Source: Chlamydiales bacterium (GTDB lineage: Bacteria; Chlamydiota; Chlamydiia; Chlamydiales; SM23-39). From it: 64,000 nucleotides of DNA. The stretch covers positions 725,808-789,807 of the forward strand of contig OZ253438.1 of the NCBI GenBank assembly GCA_965261025.1, given 5' to 3'. The position numbers were made by a program, and so were the translations under genes. Positions 44,741 through 54,399 of the stretch are shown here, one piece after another; position 1 is the first letter of the stretch; every line of letters begins with the position of its first letter. A model generated the notes under the pieces. The model had not been told where the DNA came from. It did not search any database and was given only the letters and a program-made list of their open reading frames with translations.

Positions 44741-46005
44741 CTCTTGGGAATGGGTTGGTCATGGGGGTCTTTTTGAGGAGAAAATAAAGCGCTGTCCAAT
44801 TTTTTCTCTAAATCCTCATTTAAAATATGTTCCATATATTCCGCTTTTTCATGCACTTCAGAAGGTTTTATGTTCATATGGCTTACTAAGTATAACTCCC
44901 AAAGTCTATGAAGCCTTATAATATGAAGGGCTTTGGTCCTCCCTTCCAAGGTTAAAGAAAGAGCTTTTCCCCTTTTTTCCATCCACCCCCGCTTTTGTAA
45001 CCTCCAGATATAGAAGAAAAACCAAGGAGAAGAAAGAGCTATTTTCTCTTTTATTTCCGCAAGAGAACTTTTCTCCTCTTTGTAGATCGTCTTAAGTAAG
45101 TTTTCTATGTGACATTTTCTTCGAAAAAAAAGAACCTGTAAAACTTTATAAATATACCCTCTTTTGGGAGCGAAAAAAAGAGCCCCTATGGCTGAAAAAG
45201 AGGCAATCCAAACCATCAAGGGACCATTCGACAGTCCCCCTTGGTATAAAAGAGGAATAAGATTTCCTAAAAAAGCAGAAAAAAAAGCCATAACAGAGGC
45301 AATCCAAAACAAGGAAGAAAGTTTTTCTGTAAACTGCCGAGCAAATATAGGAGGAGCTACTAACATGCCCATAATAAGAACCACTCCTACCGACCTCATC
45401 CCTAAGACCAAAGCAAAAACAAAGAAAGAAAAAAAAGCGCCTTTTATCAGAAAAAAAAAGGAAGAGGTACTGTAGGAGCTATCAAATAGAAAATGTTGTA
45501 CAGGACGAAAAAAAAAGAAAAGCCCTAAAATAAGCAGAGAAGAAAATAAACAAGAAAGCCCAAAATAAAAAGAGGGCAAAGTCGCTACCTGTCCCAACAA
45601 AAAAGTCTTTACCTCCCTAAAAAGGGCTATCTTAACAAACTGTAAACGACTAAGCGCTAAAACCCCTATGCTCCAAAAAAAAGAAAGAAGAAAACTAAGC
45701 GCTGCGTCCTGGGATATCCTTGCTTTTCGAAGGCAAAAATCAAAGGCCAAAAGGGCAAGAAGAGTAAAAATGAACCCACCTAAAAGTAAGGAAAAGGAGG
45801 AAAAAACCTCATATCCTATCCAACCTCCTAAAACGATTCCAGGGTAAGCAGCATGGGATAAGGTTTCTCCCAAAAGGGTCTTTTTTTGAACAAAAATAAC
45901 GCTTCCCATCAAGGCGCAACAAACACATGCCGATAAACTCCCCCAAAGAGGAATTTGAAAAGTGGGATCAGTCCATAAAAGTTTTAAGGCATCAAAAAGC
46001 AACAT
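44737..46005 (-). CDS. ytgC: Metal ABC transporter permease fused to a C-terminal DtxR-family repressor domain (YtgC-YtgR)
   Basis: Residues 1 to about 290 form an ABC-3 permease. Residues about 295-422 (nt 44737-45123) match DtxR/MntR: LTLEGRTKALHIIRLHRLWELYLVSHMNIKPSEVHEKAEYMEHIL..DPHDQPIP. Confidence 0.85.
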   Translation of the reverse strand: MLLFDALKLLWTDPTFQIPLWGSLSACVCCALMGSVIFVQKKTLLGETLSHAAYPGIVLGGWIGYEVFSSFSLLLGGFIFTLLALLAFDFCLRKARISQDAALSFLLSFFWSIGVLALSRLQFVKIALFREVKTFLLGQVATLPSFYFGLSCLFSSLLILGLFFFFRPVQHFLFDSSYSTSSFFFLIKGAFFSFFVFALVLGMRSVGVVLIMGMLVAPPIFARQFTEKLSSLFWIASVMAFFSAFLGNLIPLLYQGGLSNGPLMVWIASFSAIGALFFAPKRGYIYKVLQVLFFRRKCHIENLLKTIYKEEKSSLAEIKEKIALSSPWFFFYIWRLQKRGWMEKRGKALSLTLEGRTKALHIIRLHRLWELYLVSHMNIKPSEVHEKAEYMEHILNEDLEKKLDSALFSPQKDPHDQPIPKR

Positions 46006-46775
46006 TACAAAACACCCATTGTTGCTACTTGAAGACGAGAAGCTTCTTCAAAAAGCATAGGGCTATTTCCAAAAACGGCCTGTAAGTTCTCTTCTGTAAG
46101 GACCTGCTCCAAAGGACCAGAGGCAATGATTCTTTTATTTAAAAAAACCAGTTCATCAAAATACTCTTTCAAACGAGAAAGATCATGATGAACAATTAAA
46201 ATAGTCTTCCCTTCGTTTCTCCACTGTTTTAGAACTTGTATAATGACTTTTTCAGAAGTAGCATCTACTCCCTGAAAAGGCTCGTCTAGTAAATAAACTT
46301 TCGCTTCCTGTGCTATAGCTCTTGCTAAAAAAAGTTTTTGCTGCTGTCCTCCGGAAAGTTGCCCAATCTGCCTTTTAGCATACTCCTTTAACCCCACTTT
46401 TTCCAGAGCATCAAAAACCTTTTGTTTGTCAAAAGCTTTGGGTCTTTGCCAAAATCTGAGATGGGAAAACCGTCCCATCAATACCACCTCATACACAGTA
46501 ATAGGAAAATCCCAATCTATTTCCTCTTTCTGCGGAATATAAGCAATCTTGGTTCTTACTGAAGAAAACGCTTTTTGCCAAAAGGTAATCTTTCCAGAAA
46601 GCTTTGGACAAAAACCCATTAGAGCCTTTAAGAAAGTGCTTTTGCCAGCTCCATTGGGACCAATAATCCCTATCATCTTTCCAGAAGAAATAGAGAGAAA
46701 TACTTCCCAAAGAACCAGATTTTTCCCATAATTTACCGTAAGATTTTCTATTTGAATTACGTCTTGTTTTGACAT
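46005..46775 (-). CDS. ytgB: Metal ABC transporter ATP-binding protein
   Basis: GPNGAGKST Walker A, LSGGQQQK signature and LLDEPF Walker B. Confidence 0.9.
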   Translation of the reverse strand: MSKQDVIQIENLTVNYGKNLVLWEVFLSISSGKMIGIIGPNGAGKSTFLKALMGFCPKLSGKITFWQKAFSSVRTKIAYIPQKEEIDWDFPITVYEVVLMGRFSHLRFWQRPKAFDKQKVFDALEKVGLKEYAKRQIGQLSGGQQQKLFLARAIAQEAKVYLLDEPFQGVDATSEKVIIQVLKQWRNEGKTILIVHHDLSRLKEYFDELVFLNKRIIASGPLEQVLTEENLQAVFGNSPMLFEEASRLQVATMGVL

Positions 46776-47704
46776 AGCGCCTCAAAGATCACCTTGGTAT
46801 TGTGCCTTTGCATAGATAGATATCCTTCTTTTTCCGGCATACAATCTCCATACAAAGGTCTTTTTGCTAACTGTAGTTCTACCCCTTTTTTCCGGGCATC
46901 TTGTACTATTTTTTCCAAAGAAGCTCTAGATATATTAGTTTCTGCAAAAATCGTGGTTATCTTTTTTTCCTTAACGAAATCAAGAATTCTTTTTATATCC
47001 AAAGGACTAATAGCTCCATCAGGGGCAAGCCCTTCTGGGGCTTGTGCTCGAATTTCTTCTTTTTCTCCTGACAAAAGATAGGCTCTAGCAAAATAGTGAA
47101 ACGCATCATGACTTGTTACCAAATATCTTCTCTCCGAAGGGATCGTCTGCAAAAGCTCATACGTTTCTTCGTGCTGTTTTAAAAGCTTTTCTTGCAATAG
47201 GGAAGCTTTGTCCAAATAAAAAGCCCTATTCTCTGGGTCCAATTCAGAGAGTTTTTCTGCTATCAAAAAAGCCAGCTTAGCCCAGAGAGAAAGATCCATC
47301 CAAATATGAGGATCTATTACTTCTTCTCGACGTAAAATTTTTTCAGGAAAGTTCTTTAAAATCTGATCCCCTAAGGCATAAGCTTTAGAAGAATTTTTTA
47401 AATAAAAAGCTAAAGAGGCCCCATGTTCCAGACCTAATCCATTATAGAAAATCAGGTCTGCTTCTCCTAGCTTTTCATCATCCCCTTTGACTATTTCATA
47501 GCTGTGAGGATCTATCTCTCCCAAAATTAAAACATCAGAAAAAATCTTTTCCCCTCCTATTTCTTTTACCAAGTCTTCAATCATACCAACCGTAGATAGA
47601 ATTTTCTTTTTTCCAAGAGGTCTTTCTTCTTTTTTGGGGGAAAGTTTTTTTGAGCAAGAAAACCCGATAAAGATAAGTAAACAACATAAAAAAACTTTTT
47701 TCAT
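46757..47704 (-). CDS. ytgA: Periplasmic metal-binding protein (TroA/ZnuA cluster A-I SBP)
   Basis: Lipoprotein-like signal (LLIFIGFSC), DPHSYE and DPHIW metal-ligand motifs, and TSHDAFHYF. Confidence 0.9.
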   Translation of the reverse strand: MKKVFLCCLLIFIGFSCSKKLSPKKEERPLGKKKILSTVGMIEDLVKEIGGEKIFSDVLILGEIDPHSYEIVKGDDEKLGEADLIFYNGLGLEHGASLAFYLKNSSKAYALGDQILKNFPEKILRREEVIDPHIWMDLSLWAKLAFLIAEKLSELDPENRAFYLDKASLLQEKLLKQHEETYELLQTIPSERRYLVTSHDAFHYFARAYLLSGEKEEIRAQAPEGLAPDGAISPLDIKRILDFVKEKKITTIFAETNISRASLEKIVQDARKKGVELQLAKRPLYGDCMPEKEGYLSMQRHNTKVIFEALCQNKT

Positions 47705-48040
47705 AAAAAGCCTTAGATAAAATAGAAGAATTTATACTAGCACCTTACCCTACTTATTGGCAAAAGCAGCCTTCTCTTTTTGAAATAAAACCCTTTTTAA
47801 AAAAGCAAATTCAAATTTACAAATATTTCCTTCTTTATTTCTATTTTTAGAAAAGAGAAAAATCTTTTTTCAAAAAAAAATGGATTAAAAAAATCAGATA
47901 TGATAAATCCAGATAACAAACTAAATTGATGAAACCATTTAAATTGATTAACAACTCAAAATCTTCTACCAGGGGATATTCGTTAGCTTAACTAAAAAGA
48001 GAGATGTTTAAATAAAATAGATAAAGGTAAAGGAAAATCT

Positions 48041-48529
48041 ATGAAAAATTTGAAGGAATTAGAAGAAATAATTACTAAAGCTATTAAAAAAGTAGGAGCT
48101 CGAAAAGAAAACGAACTCTGCAAATATCTCCCCATGACAACGGGTGGCTATATGCATCATTTTACTTTGAGAAAAATGAAGACAAAACAGCCTGTGGAAT
48201 TAAAAGAAAAAATTCAAAAATTTATTATTAATTCTGAAAAGCCCTCAATTATTCCCCCTAAAGCTAGAGCAGCCAGAGGATCTAGGAAAAGAAGAGATCA
48301 ACTTCTTTTTTCTAAAACACAACTCGAGAGAATGTTAAATATTGCAAAATTGGCAGGAGATAAAGAAATTATCGCTGTGCTTAGCCCTAAAAGATCTTTA
48401 ACAAATTGCAAAAAAGATTTAATACAGGCAGTTCGAAATAACCGAGTAGATCAAGAGCTTTGGAATGCTTATGTGGAATCAGTACAAGCCTCTCAAACCC
48501 TGGCTGAAACTCTTTCTTCGCATTCCTAA
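48041..48529 (+). CDS. euo: Euo-like chlamydial developmental transcription regulator
   Basis: 162 aa. The segment ELCKYLPMTTGGYMHHFTLRKMK plus the basic central region match my recollection of the EUO family. The assignment is from memory and needs a search. Confidence 0.6.
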   Translation: MKNLKELEEIITKAIKKVGARKENELCKYLPMTTGGYMHHFTLRKMKTKQPVELKEKIQKFIINSEKPSIIPPKARAARGSRKRRDQLLFSKTQLERMLNIAKLAGDKEIIAVLSPKRSLTNCKKDLIQAVRNNRVDQELWNAYVESVQASQTLAETLSSHS

Positions 48530-48733
48530 AAAAAAGACTACATCCAAGGTTAACGAGGCCTTCTAAGAAAAAGCTTTGTTAGCCTTGAATTGGATTCTAG
48601 TAGGGAATTTTCCTTGATTTTTTTCCCTTTTTTTGTAAAATGGATTCTTTCGCACAGGGAAAAATTTCCTATAAATCCCGCGAAGAAAATTTGTGTTAAA
48701 AATTTTTACCTATATAGAGGAGCTAACCTTATT

Positions 48734-50296
48734 ATGTCTCAAACAGCAGAACCCCATTTTGGAAAACTGAGATCGCTTCTTTGGCCCGTACACGGTTTCG
48801 AGTTAAAAAAGCTACTCCCTTTGTTTTTTATGTTTTTTCTAATTTCCTTTAACTACACCATTTTGAGAGATACGAAGGACACCTTGATCGTTACTGCTCC
48901 TGGTTCAGGAGCTGAGGCAATTCCTTTCCTCAAGGTTTGGGGAGTTTTGCCTTTTGCTATTTTGTTTATGCTCCTCTACGCTAAATTAAGCAATAAACTC
49001 AGTAAGCCTGTTCTCTTTTATACCACTATAACTCCGTTTATTCTCTTCTTTGCTCTTTTTGCCACCGTCTTATACCCTTTAAGAGAATCTTTACATCCTA
49101 CGCAGTTTGCTGATACTTTACAGTCTATTTTACCGAAGGGGTTTTCTGGATTAATTGCTATTTTACGCAACTGGACCTTTGCCCTTTTTTACATTCTCTC
49201 AGAACTTTGGGGAAGTGTGGCTCTTTCTCTTTTATTCTGGGGTTTTGCCAATGATATTATGAAAATTACTGAGGCAAGGAGATTCTATACTGTATTGATG
49301 GTGGGAGCCAATCTTGCTCTTATGGTTTCAGGACCTTTAATTCGCATTACCTCAAAAATCCGAGATACAGTCCCCGCGGGAGTGGATGCTTGGGGGGTTA
49401 CTTTGAATTATCTTATGACTATGGTGGTCTTTGCAGGATTTGCAATTATGGCTATCTATCATTGGATCAATAAAAATGTCTTGACTGATTCCCGATTTTA
49501 CAACCCAGAAGAGCAGATAAAAACGAAGAAATCCAAGCCGAAAATGTCTATGATGGAGAGCTTCAAGTTCCTAGCAAAATCCAAATATATTGGATGTTTA
49601 GCTCTTTTGGTAATATCGTATGGAATTTGTATCAATATTGTGGAAGTGACTTGGAAAAGTCAGTTGAAGTTGCAGTATCCCAATCCGAATGACTATAGCG
49701 CCTTTATGGGGGGCTTTTCCTTTTTTACTGGACTCTTCACGGTTCTTATGACCCTTTTCGTAGGAGGAAATGTCATCCGGAAGTTAGGCTGGGGTTTTGC
49801 TGCTTCCACTACCCCGGTTGTTCTCCTTATCACAGGAGCTGCTTTCTTTATTTTTGTGGTATTCAAGGAAAGCTTGATAGGACCTATCGCTGCCCTGGGA
49901 ACTACCCCTCTTTTTCTAGCTGTTTTGTTTGGTATGATTCAAAATATCTTGAGTAAGTCAACTAAGTACTCTCTCTTTGATCCTACCAAGGAAATGGCCT
50001 ATATTCCTTTGGATCAAGAGTCGAAGGTAAAAGGAAAGGCAGCAGTTGACGTAGTGGGAGCAAGGCTCGGAAAATCGGGAGGATCTTTGTTACAGCAAAC
50101 CTTGATCTTAGCTTTTGGCTCTATTGCCGTAGTGACTCCGGTTCTAGGAGTTTTTTTAGGAGCTATCTCTGTAATATGGCTCCTTTCGGTTCGTTCTTTG
50201 AATCGCCAGTTTACTAATCTAACAGCAGAAAAAGACGATATTCAAAGAGAAAAACAGCCTTCTTCTTTACAAGAAAAGGCCGCTTCTGCTTCTTAA
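48734..50296 (+). CDS. ntt: Nucleotide transporter (NTT/Tlc ADP/ATP translocase family)
   Basis: FNYTILRDTKDTLIVTAPGSGAEAIPFLKVWGVLPFA and about 12 TM segments, typical of Tlc/Npt. The start is set at the ATG at 48734 (SD gagga upstream) rather than 48590. Confidence 0.9.
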   Translation: MSQTAEPHFGKLRSLLWPVHGFELKKLLPLFFMFFLISFNYTILRDTKDTLIVTAPGSGAEAIPFLKVWGVLPFAILFMLLYAKLSNKLSKPVLFYTTITPFILFFALFATVLYPLRESLHPTQFADTLQSILPKGFSGLIAILRNWTFALFYILSELWGSVALSLLFWGFANDIMKITEARRFYTVLMVGANLALMVSGPLIRITSKIRDTVPAGVDAWGVTLNYLMTMVVFAGFAIMAIYHWINKNVLTDSRFYNPEEQIKTKKSKPKMSMMESFKFLAKSKYIGCLALLVISYGICINIVEVTWKSQLKLQYPNPNDYSAFMGGFSFFTGLFTVLMTLFVGGNVIRKLGWGFAASTTPVVLLITGAAFFIFVVFKESLIGPIAALGTTPLFLAVLFGMIQNILSKSTKYSLFDPTKEMAYIPLDQESKVKGKAAVDVVGARLGKSGGSLLQQTLILAFGSIAVVTPVLGVFLGAISVIWLLSVRSLNRQFTNLTAEKDDIQREKQPSSLQEKAASAS

Positions 50297-50309
50297 AAAC
50301 GTACAAAAA

Positions 50310-50354
50310 AGCTCCTAAAAATAGCGTTTTTCTCTCTATTTTAGGAGCTTTTTT
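50310..50354. terminator. Bidirectional rho-independent terminator between ntt and the convergent gene
   Basis: agctcctaaaa-N18-ttttaggagct gives a perfect 11-bp stem, flanked by an A-run on the 5' side and T5 on the 3' side. Confidence 0.75.
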
Positions 50355-50362
50355 AGCTGTTG

Positions 50363-51346
50363 CTAGCCTTTTTGATAATACAGGATTATCGCTCCCTGTA
50401 AGGCAAGGAGAAGGTTTTCTTTTTTTACAGCCATAACATACCCCTGATAACATTGGTACCAGGTATAAGAAGAGAAGAGATAGGTGATATAAACCCCTTT
50501 TTCTCCAGGGCTTTCTGCCCTATATTCTACAAAAGCAGAAAGAAAAAGCTCTTCTTCTAACTCAAAGAACTTCTCTAAAAACGGCTCCTTCAAAAGAAGA
50601 GGAGTAAGACCTAATAAAAGTCTCTCTACTTTTTTTCCTTTTATATAAGCGCCCAAACCTTCCCATAAGAAAGGATCTTTCTCTAAATCCCAGTAGATTC
50701 TGCAAGCAGGATCAAAGGCAAGAAGGTCTCCTGGAAAGGGCTTTTGAGGATCTATCACTTTTTCCATAATCTTTTCTAAAAGAGAGTATAAATTCAAAAA
50801 CCCCTCTTTTTTTGGATCTATTGCAGGAATTACCTTCTTTCGAAGGGCCTCTAAAACCGTAGCGGCAAACCTTGCCTCTACTTTTTTCTCTTCTTGCTGT
50901 GCTTTTTGATACTGAACTAAGCAATCTAATAAGGGAGATAAGGAAGAAGGAAGGAAAAAAAACATCTCATAAAGGGCTGGAACAAAGAGGATAAATTGTA
51001 AAAAAGCACAAATCCATTCTCCATATCTGGGAGGAGAAATACCTACAGGTTTGTCTTCGAAAAAAAATACTTGCCTTTCCTTTTTCTCAAAAACTCTTGG
51101 AATAGTTTTTTTGGTTCGGAGAGAAAAAAGATCTAAGAGAAGTCTAGGAGATCGAATATTTGCCCAAAGAGAACTGGGATAATTGGGATTCTTTTGAATC
51201 TCTTTTAATACAAAAAAGAGGGTTCTCTTTTTCTTCTCTCCAGAAGCTTTTCGAAAAAATAGATCTTCCTTTTGTTCATAAAAATCTCCCCTGCGATCCG
51301 ATATACTTTTGACTTTAAGAAAATCCTCCATCTTTCCCTGTTCCAT
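50363..51346 (-). CDS. Hypothetical protein with USP (peptidase C19)-like sequence signatures but no histidine
   Basis: 327 aa. YGEWICAFLQFILFVPAL resembles a Cys box. LSAFVEYRAESPGEKGVYITY..WYQCYQGYV..AIILYYQKG resembles the USP His box and C-terminal aYiLfYqr. The protein contains no His residue. Confidence 0.6.
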   Translation of the reverse strand: MEQGKMEDFLKVKSISDRRGDFYEQKEDLFFRKASGEKKKRTLFFVLKEIQKNPNYPSSLWANIRSPRLLLDLFSLRTKKTIPRVFEKKERQVFFFEDKPVGISPPRYGEWICAFLQFILFVPALYEMFFFLPSSLSPLLDCLVQYQKAQQEEKKVEARFAATVLEALRKKVIPAIDPKKEGFLNLYSLLEKIMEKVIDPQKPFPGDLLAFDPACRIYWDLEKDPFLWEGLGAYIKGKKVERLLLGLTPLLLKEPFLEKFFELEEELFLSAFVEYRAESPGEKGVYITYLFSSYTWYQCYQGYVMAVKKENLLLALQGAIILYYQKG

Positions 51347-51536
51347 TTTTTAAACTCAAAAAGTTAAGAAAAGATAAAGATTTATTTTGTTTTAGTCTAG
51401 ATTTTTTGACTGGGTGGTTTTAAGAAGAACTAGCATAGATAAGACACCTACTTATTTCTCTTAGCTCTTCAGAGGAAATTGCCAAGATTCTCCTCTTTTT
51501 AGTAAAATGCTCCTTAAAGCAGTAGGATATTTTACC

Positions 51537-53342
51537 ATGAACTTCTCCCCGAAAAAAATTCGCAATTTCTCCATTATAGCCCACATCGATCATGGAAAAT
51601 CGACTTTAGCAGATCGTCTTTTAGAAAATACGAAAACGGTTTCTTCTAGGGAAATGAAGGAACAGTTTCTAGATGATATGGAACTGGAAAGGGAAAAAGG
51701 AATCACTATAAAGGCAAGACCTGTAACTATGCTTTTTTCTTCCCACGATCAAACCACCTATCAATTTAATCTTATTGATACACCGGGGCATGTTGATTTT
51801 TCCTATGAAGTCTCTCGTTCTTTATCTGCTTGCGAAGGAGCTCTTTTAGTAGTGGATGCTACCCAAGGGGTCCAAGCGCAAACATTAGCCAATGTTTTTT
51901 TAGCCTTAGAGCGTGATTTAGAAATTATTCCCGTAATTAACAAAATTGATATGCCTGCTGCCCAAGTAGAAGAGACAAAAAAACAGATAGAGGAGATTAT
52001 TGGACTAGACTCTTCTGAAGCCCTTTGTATTTCTGCCAAAACTGGAAAGGGAATTAATGCACTTTGTGAAGCTATTGTAAAAAAAATTCCCCCTCCTAAA
52101 GAAGAACAAAAGGATAGCCCTTTGAAAGCTTTGGTCTTTGATTCAAGGTATGATCCCTATAGAGGAGCTTTAGTTTATGTAAAAATTGTATCGGGGGAGC
52201 TAAAAAGACAAGATCAGATCTATTTTATGGCCACGCAAAAAAACACTGAGGTACTCCAGCTTGGAATCTTTTCTCCCTCAGAAAAACAGGTAGAAAAGCT
52301 TTCTTTAGGGGAAGTAGGTTTTTTAGCAGGAAATATTAAAGAAACCTCTGACATCAAAGTAGGTGATACCATCACACTGCTCAAGAAAAAAACAGAAAAA
52401 CCCCTTCCTGGTTTTAAGTTGATTACCCCGGTAGTATTTGCAGGGATTTATCCTATGGACAGTTCTGATTTTGAACTTTTAAAAAATGCCCTTTTAAAAC
52501 TGCAACTCAACGACTCTGCCCTTTATTTTGAACAAGAAACAAGCTTTGCTTTGGGGTTTGGTTTCCGCTGTGGATTTTTAGGGCTTTTGCATTTAGAAAC
52601 TACTTTCGAAAGACTTACTAGAGAGTTTGACCTCGAGCTGATTACTACTGCCCCTTCTGTGGTCTACCACTTTTATTTAAAAAAGGGAGAAAAACAAGAG
52701 ATTGATAACCCTGTTCATTATCCAGACCCTTCTACAGTAGAAAAAATTGAGGAGCCCTGGGTAAAAGCCACCTTAATATCTCCTTCCTCCTACTTAGGAG
52801 TTTTAATGAATTTAATTGCTGAAAAAAGGGGGCTTTTACAAAAAACAGAAAGCTCTTCAGGAGAGAGAATTATCCTAACTTGTCGCCTTCCCATGAATGA
52901 AATTTTGACTGACTTTAATGACCGACTCAAATCTATCACGCAAGGCTACGCTTCCTTTGATTATGAGCTACAAGATTATCAAAAAGCAGATATCATTAAA
53001 TTGGAGATAAGGGTAAATGAAGAACCGGTAGATGCTTTTTCTTGTCTTATCCACAAATCCAAAGCAGAGTCAAAAGGGAGAGCTCTATGCGCTAAATTAA
53101 AAGAAGTTATCCCTCCTCAGCTTTTTAAAGTGCCCATCCAAGCAGCTATTGGAGGAAAAATTATTGCAAGAGAGACCATTTCTGCTCTCTCGAAAAATGT
53201 GACGGCAAAGTGCTATGGAGGGGATATTACCCGAAAAAGAAAACTCTGGGAAAAACAAAAAAAAGGAAAAAAAAGGATGAAGGAGTTCGGGAAAGTAACT
53301 ATTCCACAAAGCGCCTTCATCGAAGTATTAAAGACTGATTAG
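51537..53342 (+). CDS. lepA: Elongation factor 4 (LepA)
   Basis: [28 protein letters not shown] and NKID, plus the LepA C-terminal domain. The start is set at the MNFSPKK ATG (51537). Confidence 0.95.
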   Translation: MNFSPKKIRNFSIIAHIDHGKSTLADRLLENTKTVSSREMKEQFLDDMELEREKGITIKARPVTMLFSSHDQTTYQFNLIDTPGHVDFSYEVSRSLSACEGALLVVDATQGVQAQTLANVFLALERDLEIIPVINKIDMPAAQVEETKKQIEEIIGLDSSEALCISAKTGKGINALCEAIVKKIPPPKEEQKDSPLKALVFDSRYDPYRGALVYVKIVSGELKRQDQIYFMATQKNTEVLQLGIFSPSEKQVEKLSLGEVGFLAGNIKETSDIKVGDTITLLKKKTEKPLPGFKLITPVVFAGIYPMDSSDFELLKNALLKLQLNDSALYFEQETSFALGFGFRCGFLGLLHLETTFERLTREFDLELITTAPSVVYHFYLKKGEKQEIDNPVHYPDPSTVEKIEEPWVKATLISPSSYLGVLMNLIAEKRGLLQKTESSSGERIILTCRLPMNEILTDFNDRLKSITQGYASFDYELQDYQKADIIKLEIRVNEEPVDAFSCLIHKSKAESKGRALCAKLKEVIPPQLFKVPIQAAIGGKIIARETISALSKNVTAKCYGGDITRKRKLWEKQKKGKKRMKEFGKVTIPQSAFIEVLKTD

Positions 53343-53356
53343 AAAGTAAGATTTTG

Positions 53357-53617
53357 CTACTGCTCTGGCAAGATAAAATAGGAAAAAGTCTCTTGGAAAG
53401 TTAACCTGAATCCCTTCTCTTCCAATTCCTTGAAGAAAGGGCCCATGTTTTGTTCCACCTTTTCGGGGACAATCTTATATATCTGCTCCTTATCTATTTT
53501 AAGAGGGTAAATAGAAAAGGGGAGATTAAACTCCTTCTTCCATTGTAAAAAATCTTTTTCTAGTTCAACAGGATCTGGAAAATAACAAAAAAAATGCTTC
53601 TGATAAAACTCAAGCAA
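53357..53617 (-). CDS. Hypothetical protein (weakly supported)
   Basis: 86-aa ORF with a TTG start and no motif. It is convergent with lepA across a 14-nt gap. Confidence 0.35.
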   Translation of the reverse strand: MLEFYQKHFFCYFPDPVELEKDFLQWKKEFNLPFSIYPLKIDKEQIYKIVPEKVEQNMGPFFKELEEKGFRLTFQETFSYFILPEQ

Positions 53618-53812
53618 ATTCTTATCTTCTTTTGGTAAGCTTATATGATAGATTCTAACGGGGCTGGCAGTTACTCACAAAGATGGCCTCTTCCTTAAAA
53701 ACAGTCTTGATAAAGACTAAAAGAGAATCTTGAATATGCACCCTTCTTTTTATACAAACTAATTCCTCAGAAAAAGAAGATTCTTTTTGTTCTAAGCAAC
53801 TTCTATCGGTTT

Positions 53813-54271
53813 TTACGTTCTTTGTACTCCTTGTAGCTCTTTATCTCCTAAACGAATTAAGACTAACTCATTGTTAGTAAGAGGGGTTTTTACAAAGCAG
53901 TCTATATTTGTCCTTTTCCCTTCACTTTTCTTTACTCCTTGCACTACTCCTCGATATATTTCTCGTATTTTTTCACGAAGACCTTGAGCACACTTGAAAG
54001 AAACGTAATGATTAGGAGACTCCCCTCCTTCCTTAACAAAAAAAACGAAACGCGCCCCCTCAATGTCTTCTCTGTCTAAAAGATACGGTTTATAGGAGTT
54101 TTTTTTAAAAATCTCAATAATAGAGGCAAAAGGATCTAAAATATCCTCAACAGTGACAGAATAAATAAAAGAGCCATCTCTTTGAAAAAGGGGGTTTGCT
54201 CCTATAGAGACCCTACCCCCTGCTTGATTTAGGGGAGTACATACCAGATTAAAAACCCCAGAAAGAGCCAT
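53813..54271 (-). CDS. Hypothetical protein
   Basis: 152-aa ORF downstream of gnd on the same strand. No motif recognised. Confidence 0.5.
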   Translation of the reverse strand: MALSGVFNLVCTPLNQAGGRVSIGANPLFQRDGSFIYSVTVEDILDPFASIIEIFKKNSYKPYLLDREDIEGARFVFFVKEGGESPNHYVSFKCAQGLREKIREIYRGVVQGVKKSEGKRTNIDCFVKTPLTNNELVLIRLGDKELQGVQRT

Positions 54272-54399
54272 AGAACCTCCTAACTACAAAATGTTAAGCA
54301 GCGGATTTTCCTCTTTTTCAAAAGTTTTATGCAAGAAAAATAAAAAAATCTAAAACGCGCCCTTAACCGAATCTAGATGCAGTACAATCTCTTGAAGGT

